DNA of 64,000 nucleotides from Camelus ferus (taxonomy: Eukaryota): contig NC_045696.1 of the NCBI RefSeq assembly GCF_009834535.1, forward strand, positions 76,386,001 to 76,450,000, given 5' to 3'. The position numbers were made by a program, and so were the translations under genes. This document shows, in pieces, positions 1-12,960 of the stretch (position 1 is its first letter; every line of letters starts with the position of its first letter). The notes under the pieces are model-generated. The model saw nothing but the letters and a program-made list of their open reading frames with translations, had not been told where the DNA came from and ran no database searches.

Positions 1-129
1 AATGCAGAATCCATCAATAATGAAGGTACACACACACACTTCAAAAGCAAATGACAAAATGAGAACTCTTTCATATATGTCAGATAAAGGATGTACTAAT
101 TACTACACAAAGAGATTTTGTAAATTAAA

Positions 130-830
130 AATAAAAGGCAAATATCCCAATAGAAAAATAAAATCAAAGGATGTGAATCATGCAATTCACACTTGAAGAA
201 ATACACATAATTTCTAGAGAGAAAAAACTCTTTGCAACTTTTAAATGAAACACCACCCCCTCCTTCATATAGGCTCACGCAGGGTGGATGGAGTAGAGCT
301 GAGCATAACCATTCTGGAAGCAATGACGAAAGGCTTCAGAAAGCTCATCTCCTGTAATTCAGAAATTCCAATTTTACCGAATAATCTCAAGGAGGGGAAA
401 AAATAAGTGTAAAGAATTATATCCATTGATAATTCCTTTATACATTGTTTATAATATTGTGGGAAATGTGGGAAAATCTTGTATTTCTAAAAACAAAACA
501 CTAGTTAAATAAATTATGATATACCTACAGAATGGAATACGATATAGACATTAAAAATGTTGTTAAAATACATGCCTTGAGATGATACAATATGTGTACT
601 TTTCTTATGCCATTTAAGTTAATTAAAAAACATATATTGTCATAGAAATTTGCTCCTAGTACATTTATAAGTGAAAAATAAAGGTTATAAAACAGTATTT
701 ACAATATAAGCCCATTTTCATGGATCCACAATACATTCAACAAATTTTTAAGAATAAGTATCTATTAGAGGCAGGAATATCAGTATTTCTTCAAACCTCT
801 TGTGTTTTCAAATTATTTCCAAAATCACTA
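130..830 (+). mobile_element. Highly decayed ancient L1 (L1ME-like) ORF2 end/3' UTR
   Basis: A-rich segments resembling L1 3' region consensus (caaaggatgtgaatcatgcaattcaca; agaatggaatacgatatagacattaaaaa); no intact frame. Confidence 0.5.
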
Positions 831-1277
831 TGCATAGATTTTGAAGCAAAAATAATATTTAATGTTAACACAGGATATCTGCAATGATCTTAGCATTCTT
901 TTTCTTTTTTTTTTTTTGAAGTAGAATTGACAAGCAATTTATTTGTCTAGGTTGTTCAGGAAAATGAATCAACATAAACACAGAATAAGATAGGTATCAA
1001 CTTATACCTGGATGTCCCCAGGAGCCCACTAAAATTGTCATTAATGGTTTCTGGATTAAAGTATAACTAAATTTTGCTGCAATAGTAGAATTCTTTCCAA
1101 TAAACCGCAAACAGACAAGTATAACTTGGATTAAAATAATGAAATATTACATTTGAAAGGCATGGTAGCCACATAACATTCAAATATGGTTGAAAAATCT
1201 AAGCTTGCAGAACTGTAAAACTGTTTCACCAGAACCTTCTCTATCAGCAGATTTTACTGGCACTATACTTACACTTC

Positions 1278-1478
1278 TTTTTTATTTTTTTATTGAAGTA
1301 CAGTCAGTTTACAATGTTGTGTCAATTTCTGGTGTACAGCATAATGTATCAGTCATACATGTACATATATATTCATTTTCATGTTACTTTTCATTGTAAG
1401 TTACTACAAGATATTGAATATAGTTCTTTGTGCTATATACAGTATGAACTTGTTATTTATCTATTTTATATATAGTAA
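1278..1478 (-). mobile_element. Young lineage-specific L1 3' end, 5'-truncated
   Basis: T-rich tail then attgaagtacagtcagtttacaatgttgtgtcaatttctggtgtacagc; closely similar to copies at 14935 and 19543 in this window. Confidence 0.85.
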
Positions 1479-4400
1479 ATCAGCATTCTTGATTTAAAAG
1501 AGAAAGCTGATCCTTTCCTTAATGTTTCTGAGATTCGTAAACATTTTTATTGTTTCAATCAAATGGATTAATTCAAAGAGCTAAATAAATAGATTAACAG
1601 GTTTGATAAGGAAAATGACCTTTTATGGCTGGTTTATAAGAAATTGTGGTTCTCCTTGTGTTTCCTTTCCTGCCTTCAGACATATGCTGTAGACTCTCAG
1701 GCAGTAGGCTGAGCTTCACATGCACAGGACAACACGTGGCTATGATTACACTGTAAGTGGGATTTCCCTGCTCTCTGCAGAGCACGAGTACAATCTAGCA
1801 GTTCAGGGAGCCGTGGGGCTTCTGTCATTTTGCAGCATGCCGTTGGCAGCTCCTCGCTACAAGGCTATCAGTTTAGCTGTTGGGGAAGGTGTGGTAATAA
1901 AAGATGTCGTCTTCCCCTCTCACCATATGGAGCAATTCTACAGAGTGAATGCCCTGCCATTTCACTCACTATTTATAGAGCCACGCTGCTTTCCCCTCCA
2001 AGCTGTTACAATCTCTTGGAAAGATGATGTCTAGATTTGTATGCTTTCTGATTCCCACGGCATCTCCTCTTCCTTAACCTTCCTGAGCACAACCTATACC
2101 TTATTTTCAAATCTGGAGTCGTCCATTTTTTATGACAATGTCCTTTGGGAGAGGGCTCCAGCTGATGTATATGATGACAGATTGTGCTTCGTCAGCAAAA
2201 ATGTACTGAGCAGGTCTGGTGAGCCCTGCGAGCCAGGAATTCTGGGGAGACGTGGCAGCCCTGCCCTGGAGGAACTTTTCACCCAAATGAGAGCTCAGGA
2301 TCCCCCTGAGTTAGTACCCGCTATCCTAAGGAATTCTCCCACACGGGCATTCTGTCTTCAGTGCTTGCTTCCAGGCTGCATATCTCTTCCTGTTGAGGGG
2401 CTGAGAACTTACCTCAGATTTTCCAGGGATAAGGTTTATCAGAATAAACACTTAGACGTGTCTGTCGTATCCGCCAGGCACTTGGGCATTTTCTTGGAAC
2501 CTCCTGAGCCTAAAGTCTGATGCTCTAAGGACATTTCAGACCTGTGTGTGTTCTTCCCTTTAGCATGCCTGAAAGCTTAGTGGATGCTGAGCAAACTGAC
2601 TGTTACACGGGAAGGGTGCTGAGATGTTTTTTCTCCAACTAAATAGGTGTTATGTACCCAGAGCTGGGAAAGTCAGTGTTTATACAATAGGCTATTATAT
2701 GTTGTTGAAAAAGTGTAAAGAAGCAATTACATCATAACATTGTAAGACGTCAGTCGTACATTTTAATGGGACTCTGTGTAACTTAGTGGAATAAGCATAG
2801 CTTTCTCTCAGGTTTATGAAGAGGAAGAATTTTAAAAGAGAAAAAGTTAAAAAGCAAGGTTCAGTCTACAACTCATTTACATACAACTCTCCTCACCATG
2901 GGGGTAAAGGTACCCACCTTCACTCGTTCCTGCCTGTCAAACTTGTTACCAGATTACCTGGTAAAATTATTTCTGGATTAATGTAACCCTTTTGGATGTG
3001 GAATCTGGGTTAGAATTATGTAACCTATAAACACATACACATGCTTCAACATAACCATGTTTGTGGTAACAACCTTAGAAAAAGCAAAATAGTTTAAATC
3101 TCCCCCTAAAGAAAAATTGTTTGAGCACTTCAATTACTTGCAAGCTACTCTGAATGTGTAACACCCAGACATTCCTGTAATTAAAATGTGATTCTGGGAA
3201 ACTCACTGGTACCATATATATCTGTTATGTGTACTCCAAGTATTAAAATCTTTTCTGTGTTGAAATATTAATAATATCACTTTCTAAATCTACATACCTG
3301 CCTCCTACTGATTTAAGACAGTCATTTGCTATGATAATTCAGACCCAAGACAACCTTAAAATGAAAAAAAAAAAAAATGCCAATTGATGTCAAACTGAAA
3401 CCAATTCTTGGATGTCACACTTTGAAACAGACTCAGAATCTGATCTCTAAACATTTTACTGTTGTGGAGAAACTGCAAGGAATAAAATGAATGCTTTTTT
3501 CAGGGAAACACTGTTTAGCATTCTCATAAATATGTGTATCTTTTAAATATCAAGAGTATGAATTTTGGCTATACACTGTAATACGATCAAACTCAAGCAA
3601 TCATTAGTATGACAGAAAGACAAATTACTTCAGATATTTCTACATTATGCTCCAAAAATTAACTTAGATGCATGAAAGCTGGAAATAAATTTTCTCATTG
3701 AAATAAGATTTTAAAATAGCAGTTAGTCCCTCCAGACTAGCCTTCAGAAGTCAATTTATCTCATAATACTGAACTATTAGATATTTGAAAAGTGTTAGCT
3801 AATGCTACTTTATTTGTCACTGCAACAGTACAGTAGCTACTGCAATATTATCCAATCTCATAACTGGGCTTAGAAAGTTCCACTACAAATAGGATAAGAC
3901 AGACTAAAATAATCCAAAGAATCATTTTTATTTCTAGAAGGCATATGTGGGTGATACTCTTTTTTTAAGCACTTGCATTTCTATTTCTCTTGTTTACAAA
4001 TGATGATTTAGCTGGGTATTAAAATTTTGACTAACAACCCCCCTCAAAACCCACAATACCCACAGACATTGTTCTATTTTTATTTTTATTTTTATTTTTT
4101 TATTTCTTACCACTGACAAATTGGAAATCCAAGGCAGCTACTAGTTTTTTAATCTAGTATAGGTAAAACATTGTTATTGTTGTGATTGTTTGATGGAAGC
4201 AGAGGTAAGGGCAGAATGAAGGTTAGGAGATCTGTAGGAAATTTTATAAGAATACATCTATATTTTAGTGTTGTCATTTTTAAACCTGCAAACTTAGGTC
4301 TCTCTTCAGTAGTGAAATGAGATAATGATTCTGTATCTTTCAAATATTTTGTTTATTTCATCAAAAGAATTTAAGCAAAGAAATAGCATGGTTAAAATTT

Positions 4401-4724
4401 ATTTTGTGAGCATTTTTGCGGCAATGCAGAGAATGGCTTTTGAGCAGGACAAAGATGGATGCTGAAAAATATATTAAGAGTCTTCTGCAAAACATCAAGA
4501 GATATACAAGGCATTACAAAGGATAGAGAAAAGGAAGTAGATGAAAGAAGCATCCAAGAGGTTAAATCTGAAACTACATAACTTAGTGAGTCATTAATTA
4601 TGAAGGAAGAGGGAATAGGAAAGATTTAGAATGAATGCTCAGATAATGTATGGGTGACAGTGTCACTGGTACCATCACTAATTATGATTGAGCATACCAA
4701 GGGAAAGAGTAAGCTGATCTGTCT

Positions 4725-5222
4725 GTGTGTTCTAGTTAACTATTGCTGTGTAACAAATCAACCCAAAACTCAAGGTTTTAAAAATCACAATCATTTTTTT
4801 TTTTATTTCACCAATGTGCAATTTGGGCAGAGCTCAGGGAGGAAATCACATCTGTGCTCCATGTGGCATCAACTAGGGCAACTTGAACAGGAGCTGGAGG
4901 ACCCACTTCCAAGATGGCACACTCACATCCTGGTAGGTCGGTGCTGGCTGCCAACCAGGACCTCAGTGCGCTTTCATGTAGCTGCCTGACTTTTTCACAA
5001 AAGTGTGTCCAGGTTCCAAAAGCAAGCACTCCAAAATGTGAGAAATGGAAGCTGTCAGCTTCTTAAGGCCTCAGCACAGAACTTGGCACCATGTTGCATC
5101 CATTATATTCTGTTTAGGTCAAGCAATCACAAAGCCCAGTCTCAGAGAGAGGGACATAAACTCCACTTCTCAATGGGAGGCATGTCAGATAATTTGGGGC
5201 CATGTTTTGAAACCTCCACACT
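4725..5222 (-). mobile_element. MaLR MLT1-family solo LTR
   Basis: Starts with the reverse complement of the MLT1 3' end (tgtgttctagttaactattgctgtgtaacaaatcaacccaaaact); internal ccacttccaagatggc. Confidence 0.75.
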
Positions 5223-5349
5223 ATTGAATACCTTAAGTCCCACTGTGGGACTGATAAGTCCAATAAGTAATTTAACTTACAAATCTTTAGTTTAGGAATG
5301 GGGCCAGAGAAGATATATGAACTCGGATGTCATTTATCTGTAGATGTAG

Positions 5350-5503
5350 ACAGGGGCATATTTACTAAAATTTTAATAGACCTTAAGTTTCAGGCTCCTT
5401 ACTTTCTGGATGAGGCCTATATTCAATTTTGTATTATTTTCCTTATAAAGAGGCCTCAAAATTGTATAAGCTTCAGACCCCACAAAGCCTGGACCTACAC
5501 CTG
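5350..5503. mobile_element. Non-autonomous hAT-type DNA transposon (MITE)
   Basis: caggggcatatttac...cctggacctacacctg termini; related copy at 13420-13585. Confidence 0.5.
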
Positions 5504-5994
5504 GGTAATATTTAAATCATTAGAGTAGATAAGATGATCTGAGATCGGGTACAATGAAAAGAGCAGTGGACTGAGAACGAAAATCCAAAAATGTCAATAT
5601 TCACAAGGTAGGAGAGAAAGAGGAAGGAGTTTATGAATGAGATTTCTAGAATACAATCAGAGAGACAGGAGGAGACCAGAAAAGAAATTCTGCCACAGAG
5701 GCCAAGGAATAGAAAATTTCAGGAAGGAATGGCTAGAAAACAGTCTCAAAATAAAGCACAAAGAAAACAAGAATGAAAAAGAATCCTTTTGAGTTGGCAT
5801 CTCAGAGTTCCATTAGCAACCTTGTCAAAGCAGCTTTGTAGGAAACAGCCACCTTTCAGTGTGCTGAGAGTCAATGTTAATTGACAAAAAAAAAATGAAG
5901 ATAGCAGGAAATTTGGCTGAAAAGCATCTGCAATAGATGAAGGAATAAGGGAGGCTGGGAGCTAGAAAAATTCAACTTTCTGAGATCATAATTA

Positions 5995-6725
5995 TAAGCA
6001 AAAATGCAAGGCCTGAATAGTGTTATAACTCTTAAAGAAATTGATGCAACATTTTTAAATATTCCCACAATGAAAACAGTAGGCTCAGATGGCTTTACAC
6101 AAAAATTCTCCCAAACTTTTAAGGAAGAAAACATCTGTCATTTACAATTTCTTCCAGGGAATCGAAAAAGAGGAAACACACACCCAAGTCATTTTATACA
6201 TCCAGAATAGTCTCGATTCCAAAACCATGCAGACATTAGGAGAAGAGTAACTTTCAGGTTTTTAATTCATGAATAAAGATGCAAAAATATTAAAATAGTA
6301 GCAAAGTCAAGTGGAACAGTGCAGATAAAAGATAATATACCATCATCAAGTCGCTTGTAACTAAGGAATACAGGACAGTTTAATATTAGAAAATCTGTGT
6401 GTATATGTCCATGAACGACTGAAAAATTCTGCTGAACACTGGAATTTGACACAGCATTGTAAAATGATTATAAATCAATAAAAAATGTTAAAAAAATATT
6501 AGAAAATCTGTAATGTAATTCAGCACATTAGTAGATTTGAAAAAGACAGCCACGTGACTATTTTAACAGATTCAGGAAAAGCATATGATACAATTCAACA
6601 TGAGACAAACTCCCGGTAAAAGAACAGAAGGGACCTTCCCCAGCATAGTCTCTATTACGAAGAAGTGTTGGAAGCATCCTGCTCAAGATCAGGGATGAGA
6701 CACGATCATTCCTTCTTGTCAACAA
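5995..6725 (+). mobile_element. Old L1 ORF2 (pre-RT/RT) fragment
   Basis: ORF 6004-6210 LNSVITLKEIDATFLNIPTMKTVGSDGFTQKFSQTFKEE resembles L1 ORF2 LNRPIT..EIE..IK.LP.KKSPGPDGFT.EFYQTFKEE; downstream IDAKIL- and SGTRQG-like remnants. Confidence 0.85.
6399..6494 (+). mobile_element. Young L1 3' tail inserted into the older L1
   Basis: L1 3' end with AATAAA and A tail, flanked by perfect 17-bp TSD aatattagaaaatctgt (6382-6398 and 6495-6511). Confidence 0.85.
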
Positions 6726-6861
6726 TGTGGTGAAGCACCACTGATTCCACATACCTAACAACGTACGTCCCTCGTTTCTGTGCTGAGCCTACCTCTCGGT
6801 CGGCTCTGCTACCTCAGTATGTTCCAGATACACACCCACGTGCGCTCCTTCCTTAGCGTCT

Positions 6862-7030
6862 TGTTCTCAGCCCTTGGGCTGCACAGTGGAATCACCTAGC
6901 CTTTAAATTGACCGATGCCTCAGTTCTACCCCTAGAAATTCCTATTGTGGTTTATCTGGGGTGTCGCAGGGGCATCTGGATTTTCAAAATCTCCCCGGGT
7001 GACTCTAATGCACAGGTTGAGAAGCACTGA
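6862..7030. mobile_element. MER5A-like hAT-Charlie MITE
   Basis: ggctgcacagtggaatcacct...ctccccgggtgactctaatgcacaggttgagaagcactg. Confidence 0.7.
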
Positions 7031-7076
7031 AGTAGCAGGAGAAAAGGAGAGAGGGGATGGGAAGGAAGAGTAGAGG

Positions 7077-7229
7077 CATGGTTCTCCAGCCTGACTGCAC
7101 ATTAAAATCACCTAAAGAGTTTTAAAACATCCTGATGCTCAGATTGTTCCTGCATGATTTTTAAGTCAGAATCTATGGAGGTAGGATCCCCAAAGTTTTC
7201 CTACATGTAGCCAAGGCTGAGAACCACAG
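7077..7229. mobile_element. Second MER5-like MITE
   Basis: catggttctccagcctgactgcacattaaaatcacct...gccaaggctgagaaccacag with imperfect terminal inverted repeats. Confidence 0.65.
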
Positions 7230-8213
7230 CTCTGTCCTTTCTTCCTAGGCGATGTCATCAGCTCCCTTGTATTCAATAACTAAACACACACCAATGCTTC
7301 AAGATCTGTGTATCTTTTTTTTTTTTAAGGTCTGTATATCTTGCCTGTAGTTACCTTCTAAAGATGAATACTTCAAATCCAACAGCCAACTCTGCGTCTC
7401 CTCTTGGAAGTCCCAAGGCTGCTATTCTCCCACTAGGCAGCAAGCTCCATGAGGATGAGAGTGTTACTACCTTGTGTGCGATATATGAGGATTGAGGTTA
7501 CGTTTCTTAAATCTCTTAGCTAAAAATAGTATTGTTTCCACATTATTCACATATCCTGCAGGTAGAAATTCAGACCCATAACTAACAAGAAGAGGAGAGG
7601 CAAAGGAGCAAGAACTCAGCACACTGTTGATATTACTGACTTTTAAAGGTTTCTGAGGAGACAGTACAGAAGGAGTGGGGATCAGCCTTTAGTAAAAATA
7701 TGCAATAGAAACAGACGAGCACTCCCACCTGCAGCAGCACGAAACTGATGACAAGAAGAAAGTGTTTCCAGTCCCATGTATCTCTGAACTACATCACCCA
7801 GAAGTACCTTTCCCCACCGTTATCTTTCCCCCCTTTTCTCATCAGTACTAAAGGGGTGAAAAGGGACTCCCCTAACCCTCACTGTCACAACAGCAGTGAG
7901 AAGAGAAATCTTCCCACACCCCTGCAACCCACATAAGAAGAAGGGACTTTCCTGCCTACATGACAAGATGGGAATCCCCTGCCACAAAGGCATCTAGAAA
8001 GTAAGGGATGTCCACTGTAATGCAGTGAGAACCTCTCAGCCAAGGAAACTGAGCTTTCCTTGGTCTTTCCAGCTCGATCTGCACTTTTCATACGCTCGCT
8101 CACTGAATCTGCATTACTACCTCTAGTGTACAGATAAGGAATCAAGGCTGGCCCCTGGTCCCCAAATCAGTGAGTGGTGATAGAACCCAGTGGTCAGCCC
8201 ACCTATGCAGAAA

Positions 8214-8610
8214 ACAGGTATCCTTCACTTTTCAAAAGTTTGCTTCATGCCACTTTGCTTTTACAAAGACCTACGTGAGTACCTGTTTTCTAGTGGAGAG
8301 AAATCTGAAGAGGGTTTTCACTTTTACCCAAAAAAAGGTGAAAAGTAAAGACGGTGTCCAGCACTGGTTTTGCAGTGAGCTGTTGTAGAGGCAGCACACA
8401 GCCTCACGCAGCCAGGGCAGTGCTGCCAGCCCCTTCCCCGGGAACCACCCTCCGCATCTCAGCTTCCAGCTGCCGTAACTTCAGACTGCATCTGGGAGCA
8501 TCTGTGCTTTACCTCAGTTTATTTTGTATCCATTAGCAAGATGTGTCCATTTCAGCTTGCGGAAGGTTTCCTAGGAAGGCTCTACTTTCAGATAGTGAGG
8601 GGGGAACTTG
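8214..8610 (+). mobile_element. Non-autonomous TcMar-Tigger-like DNA transposon
   Basis: Begins caggtatccttcacttttcaaaagtttgc and ends gatagtgaggggggaacttg (imperfect inverted termini); resembles recalled laurasiatherian Tigger MITEs. Confidence 0.55.
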
Positions 8611-10401
8611 TTATTCCAAAATCATTGTTTTTTCCATGTGAAGATGCACTAGTCTATCCTTGCTGTTGACTTAATTTTTTTTTCCTCTTATTCCTATAAC
8701 AGGGACAAGAAGTGAAGGAGTTAAGTTAAAACTCAAATGAAATGGTAAAGGCTGAAAAATTGTTCTCAAAATGTTTCCAAAATAGCCCTCACTCTCTCGT
8801 GATGGAATGCAGCTTATCTTTGATCTCATGTCAAAACAACATAGAATAACACCATGAACTTTTTCCATCTCTCACTACCAAGATTAAGGAACCTGGCATT
8901 CGTCTTCATAAACAGTCTGTTACCCCAAACTCTAGGCCAGCCGGGGAAACCCACGGCCCTGGGGACCACAGTCAGCCTGGGCTGGGCTTCTCAACCTTCT
9001 CCAGTTGCTAAAACCCAGGTTTCTCCAGGGAAAAGGTGAAGCTGGATAGGAGGTCCAACCGCTTTCAGAGGCTGCCAGGTAAAGCCGCCTCCTCCCAGTG
9101 CACACAGGGCGTCACTTGAAAGGAAGTAAAAGGCTCTGCTTGTCCCAGCAAGGCAGCACCAGCTCTGCACTTACTTCGGTGAAATCACTCCCTGACTCAC
9201 TGCGATGCCAATTTATTTTGTGGCTTATATTCATTGGATTAAAACGACTTAATTAGCAGGGAAGTGTGGGCTTGTTTGGTGTGCAGCATCACTCCTGCAT
9301 TTTTTGGTTGTGTCCGTGTATTTAAACCTCAGGGGAAAAGAAGGATATTTGTATTCCCACGGCACCCTTCTAGAACCAATTAAATACTGTTTGCCTTGCT
9401 GCCTACCCCGTGATCTCACTGCTTCTGGGCTGCATGATGGGAAAGAAACCGTGTCAGTAACTGCCATGTTGTGGAGGGCCCTGGAAAGTGTGATGACTAC
9501 CATGTCATAGTGCTTAAGTTTTAGTTTATAAGAACAAAACAGTAATGGAGGAGAGCCACAAATGCATTGTTTTTGCAAGGCAAACTCAGTCTCAGACTAC
9601 CTCTGCTCCCTTGGCAAAAGTGGCCAAAGATGTGCATAGTCTAACCCTTCTTTTCTCATCCACACTATGTCAGGGGAAGTAACCGTGAACATAAGGAAAA
9701 ATACAGAATGTTCCAGTTCCTTGCATACAACTGATGTTCAAAAAAACACTTTTGGTTTGATCTTTACTGTGACTTAAGATCCAAGCCTTCACCAATCCCC
9801 TCAACATTAAAGACTAACACTTCGTCACAAAAATAAGTTCCCTCCTTGACCAGCAGTGGCCTCTGTACTTTCCAAGCCCCCATTCATGCAATCCTTCCAC
9901 AGCCCCTCCAGTCCAATCCTGTAACCAAAGTATCATCTTCTTTCTGATTTAGCAGCTCCCCAAATTCTATGTCCTCCTAAGAAATCTCTCCCCTCCCCAC
10001 ACACCCTGTCATGTCATTCCTATGATTCCTCTTCTCATAACACCTCACAGAATTAACGTATTTCTTTGTCTATGGATAACAAAGATTTTATTTTATGTTT
10101 GTCCCTTGTTCAATTGTTTTTCCCCATAACTATACAGTAGAAAATAGGAACCCATCTGCTGTGTTAGAGAGACTCTCCATAGCTGGTTTAGCTCCCTGTC
10201 TACAGTGGTACTCAGTATGTCATTTAAGAGATTCTGTGGAGAAAAACCAGACTGAAAACTTGCTATTTCAATGATCACAAGCAAGAACAAAGTGCCCTGC
10301 CTGCCTGCCCGTCCTCACTAGTGTCAGTAACAATTGGTTACATTCATCTATGCCCATGAGAAAATATCAGAGACTGACTGGAGAAAACCAGGATCACTTT
10401 T

Positions 10402-10528
10402 TTCTTCCCCTTGGGCTAGGGTGGTATTTGGTTTATTTATTTATTTTTAGAGGGGGTACTGGGGATTGAACCCAGGACCTCATGCATGTTGAGCGTGCGC
10501 TCTACCAATTGAGCTATACCCTCCCCCA
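10402..10528 (-). mobile_element. tRNA-Ala-derived SINE (camelid Vic-1 type)
   Basis: Reverse strand reads gggtatagctcaattggtagagcgcacgctcaacatgcatgaggtcctgggttcaatccccagtacc plus aaataaataaacc tail; TSD caggatcactttt (10389-10401) / cagaatcactttt (10529-10541). Confidence 0.9.
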
Positions 10529-12649
10529 CAGAATCACTTTTATATTCATTACATAAGAGCACAGTTAAGGGTCTCCTTGCCCAAAACAGCCAGGCCCTAG
10601 GGCTTTCACTTTGTTGTCATTGTTACTGTTCTGTTGCATCACCTTGAATTTTTATAAAACCATCTTGATTCTTTCCCAGGTGAGTCAATTTCTTCTATTC
10701 CACTTAGGAATTCTGCAGTTTACTGCATCTAGCCCTATGCTAAATGGCAACCAGATGAACAATCTCCTACATATATTCTTTACTTGCACAGGTAGAAGAC
10801 CTGCTTGGTGCAAAGTGCCTGCATCCATCCATCCAAAATATTTTTATTAATAATCTACAATGCATTGTCTTGGGCACTGAGGATACTACCTGAAGCCAGG
10901 CAGACATGCCTTCCATTTTATGAAAACTACCCATAGGACATAAGCCCCTTTCCTGACTTCAAGACAAAGTTCCAGAAGCAGCACAGCTGTGTCCTTTTAT
11001 ACACTTTTTATAGTTGTAAACAACTTAGTTGGAGCCACATTCTGCTCCACGATTAGCCTTCTGTTCTCCTCTGCAACATGGAAGCATTGGGCAGAGTAAT
11101 ACCACTGGTTTGTATAAAGTGGCCACTTCTAGACTTTATTTTATAAATCTATGCCCAGCTCATATTTGGTAACAGAATGTTCTTAGACATTGTGACCACA
11201 AAACCAGTCAAAGCCAAGAGACATGTCCCTAATTCAAATAGATAATATTTTAATATGTGTAGAAATTATGGGTTTTTTAGATAAGAAATATATTAAAAGA
11301 ATGCATGATGCTCTCCAGTTCAAAGGTCTTTAGAATTAGATGCAAAGATATGTACATATCTTAAAAGCCAAAGAAAGGAAAAGTCCAGTCAAGTAAGGTT
11401 ACTACCTGATCCCTTGTCCTAGTGGTACAATTAGATACTGCAGATTAACATCTACAAAAGTCAGTTAAACAGCAGACTTCCCATAGAGACGAAGCTAGAA
11501 AATGTTTTAGTTGAATCCAGTGGACATCAGTTGTGAGATCACTGCCAGTGGAGGCCATTTACCCAGCAAGTGTGGAAGGGGCTCCACCAGACCATTCTGG
11601 TCCCTTCAAAGAGCTGAGAAGGCAAGTCCCAAAAATCAAGTGGAGAGACAAGCCTCAAAATTCATCTGAGTAACACATTTTTTCCCACAATGGATAAGTA
11701 TTTTTTTAATCTCCAGGAATTTTCGATTTCATTTAATAAATGTTTAATAAAACCAAAGCTGTAATATTTATAACTTTGTATTGAGGGCTATATGAGTATT
11801 TGAAATATTAAATATTCATATGAGAATTTGGCCTTTTCAAATAACAGTTCAGCCTTGTAACTCCAACTAAAAATATATAATTGAGTTATTGATGTAGAGT
11901 TGTGACTGTGAAAATAGTATAATATTGGAAGATTTAAGAGACTTTAGTCTTCCCATATCTGTGAATTTGATTTCTTTGATTTACAATAGTTATTTAAGTA
12001 CTTTGGAACAGTTTTGTTAGTTAAAAAAAAAATCATAGTCTATGCAAAGAAAATCAAGCATATTTAAGTTATAAATGAAATTTAAAATGTTTAAGTCTGT
12101 TTATTTAAATTGTAAATGGGTATTAGTCAAAGACCCCCTTAAAAGTGATTAAAATTTACTGGACTTATAAATAGAAAAATAAGATTTTAAAACTGAATTT
12201 AAAAGCTAAAAAGAGCTACATTTGTGGATTTTTAACAACTAACAGGTTATTAATTTTTAAAACAAAAAAATTTGAGTAATTTTTTCTGCCCACAAAAATT
12301 GCCTTAAAGAATATTTTTTTAATGTCACATTTAACAACATCCTTAGGCGCTTAGGGAGTGAATGGGGTTAAAGAATTAAGCTTGCAAAAAGAAGGCAGGA
12401 AAAATATGTACTTTATGTGGCCCAGAGTTAATACTAAATGGGACCTTTTCTCCTACCCTCAAACTATCTTCCAGCAAATGCAAGAGAAATACTACAAGAT
12501 AATGGAGATGAAGCAGAAGAGCAGAATTATCCACTATTCATTGTTGAGTGCTTACTCTGCTTTTAACACTATGGGAAAATACAAAAGTAGATGAAGTTTT
12601 GAATCTAGTGAGGCAGGTAAGATGCACAAACCTGAATCAATTAGAGAAG

Positions 12650-12960
12650 AGAACAATTCAGTTCAATAAACAGTTATTGAGAGCCACTCTTGCACAAGAT
12701 ACAGTGATTGGCTCAGGGAACAAGAGAGGGCCAGGCTCAAAAACAAACAATAAGCTTTATAATTAAGCACTAAATTGTGTGTTGCAGAAGTCAAGTAAGA
12801 AGCATTCAGAGAGAGATACCAAAGTATGTTGGAACAGCTGAGATTTATGGATGAGGTAAGAACCGATCTGGGCTTGGAAGGATGGAAAGGACTGAAACAC
12901 ACAAAGGCAGGCAGGGCTGGAAGGGAGACGTGCTATGACCCTATTGTGCAACAACAAAGC
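12650..12960 (-). mobile_element. L2 3' fragment
   Basis: attcagttcaataaacagttattgagagcc is the antisense L2 3' end; a further L2-like piece at ~13740-13990. Confidence 0.55.

Larger units (their letters stand above)
4360..5870 (-). mobile_element. Decayed L2 fragments interrupted by an MLT1 LTR and a hAT MITE
   Basis: Purine-rich antisense L2-like segments at ~4360-4720, ~5230-5330 and ~5510-5870. Confidence 0.45.

Noticed and set aside
2407..2414. Perfect AG/GTAAGT donors (here on minus; also ~45275 on plus) as proof of a gene
   Set aside because: An 8-mer is expected about twice by chance over both strands of 64 kb, and I could not assemble a coding exon chain
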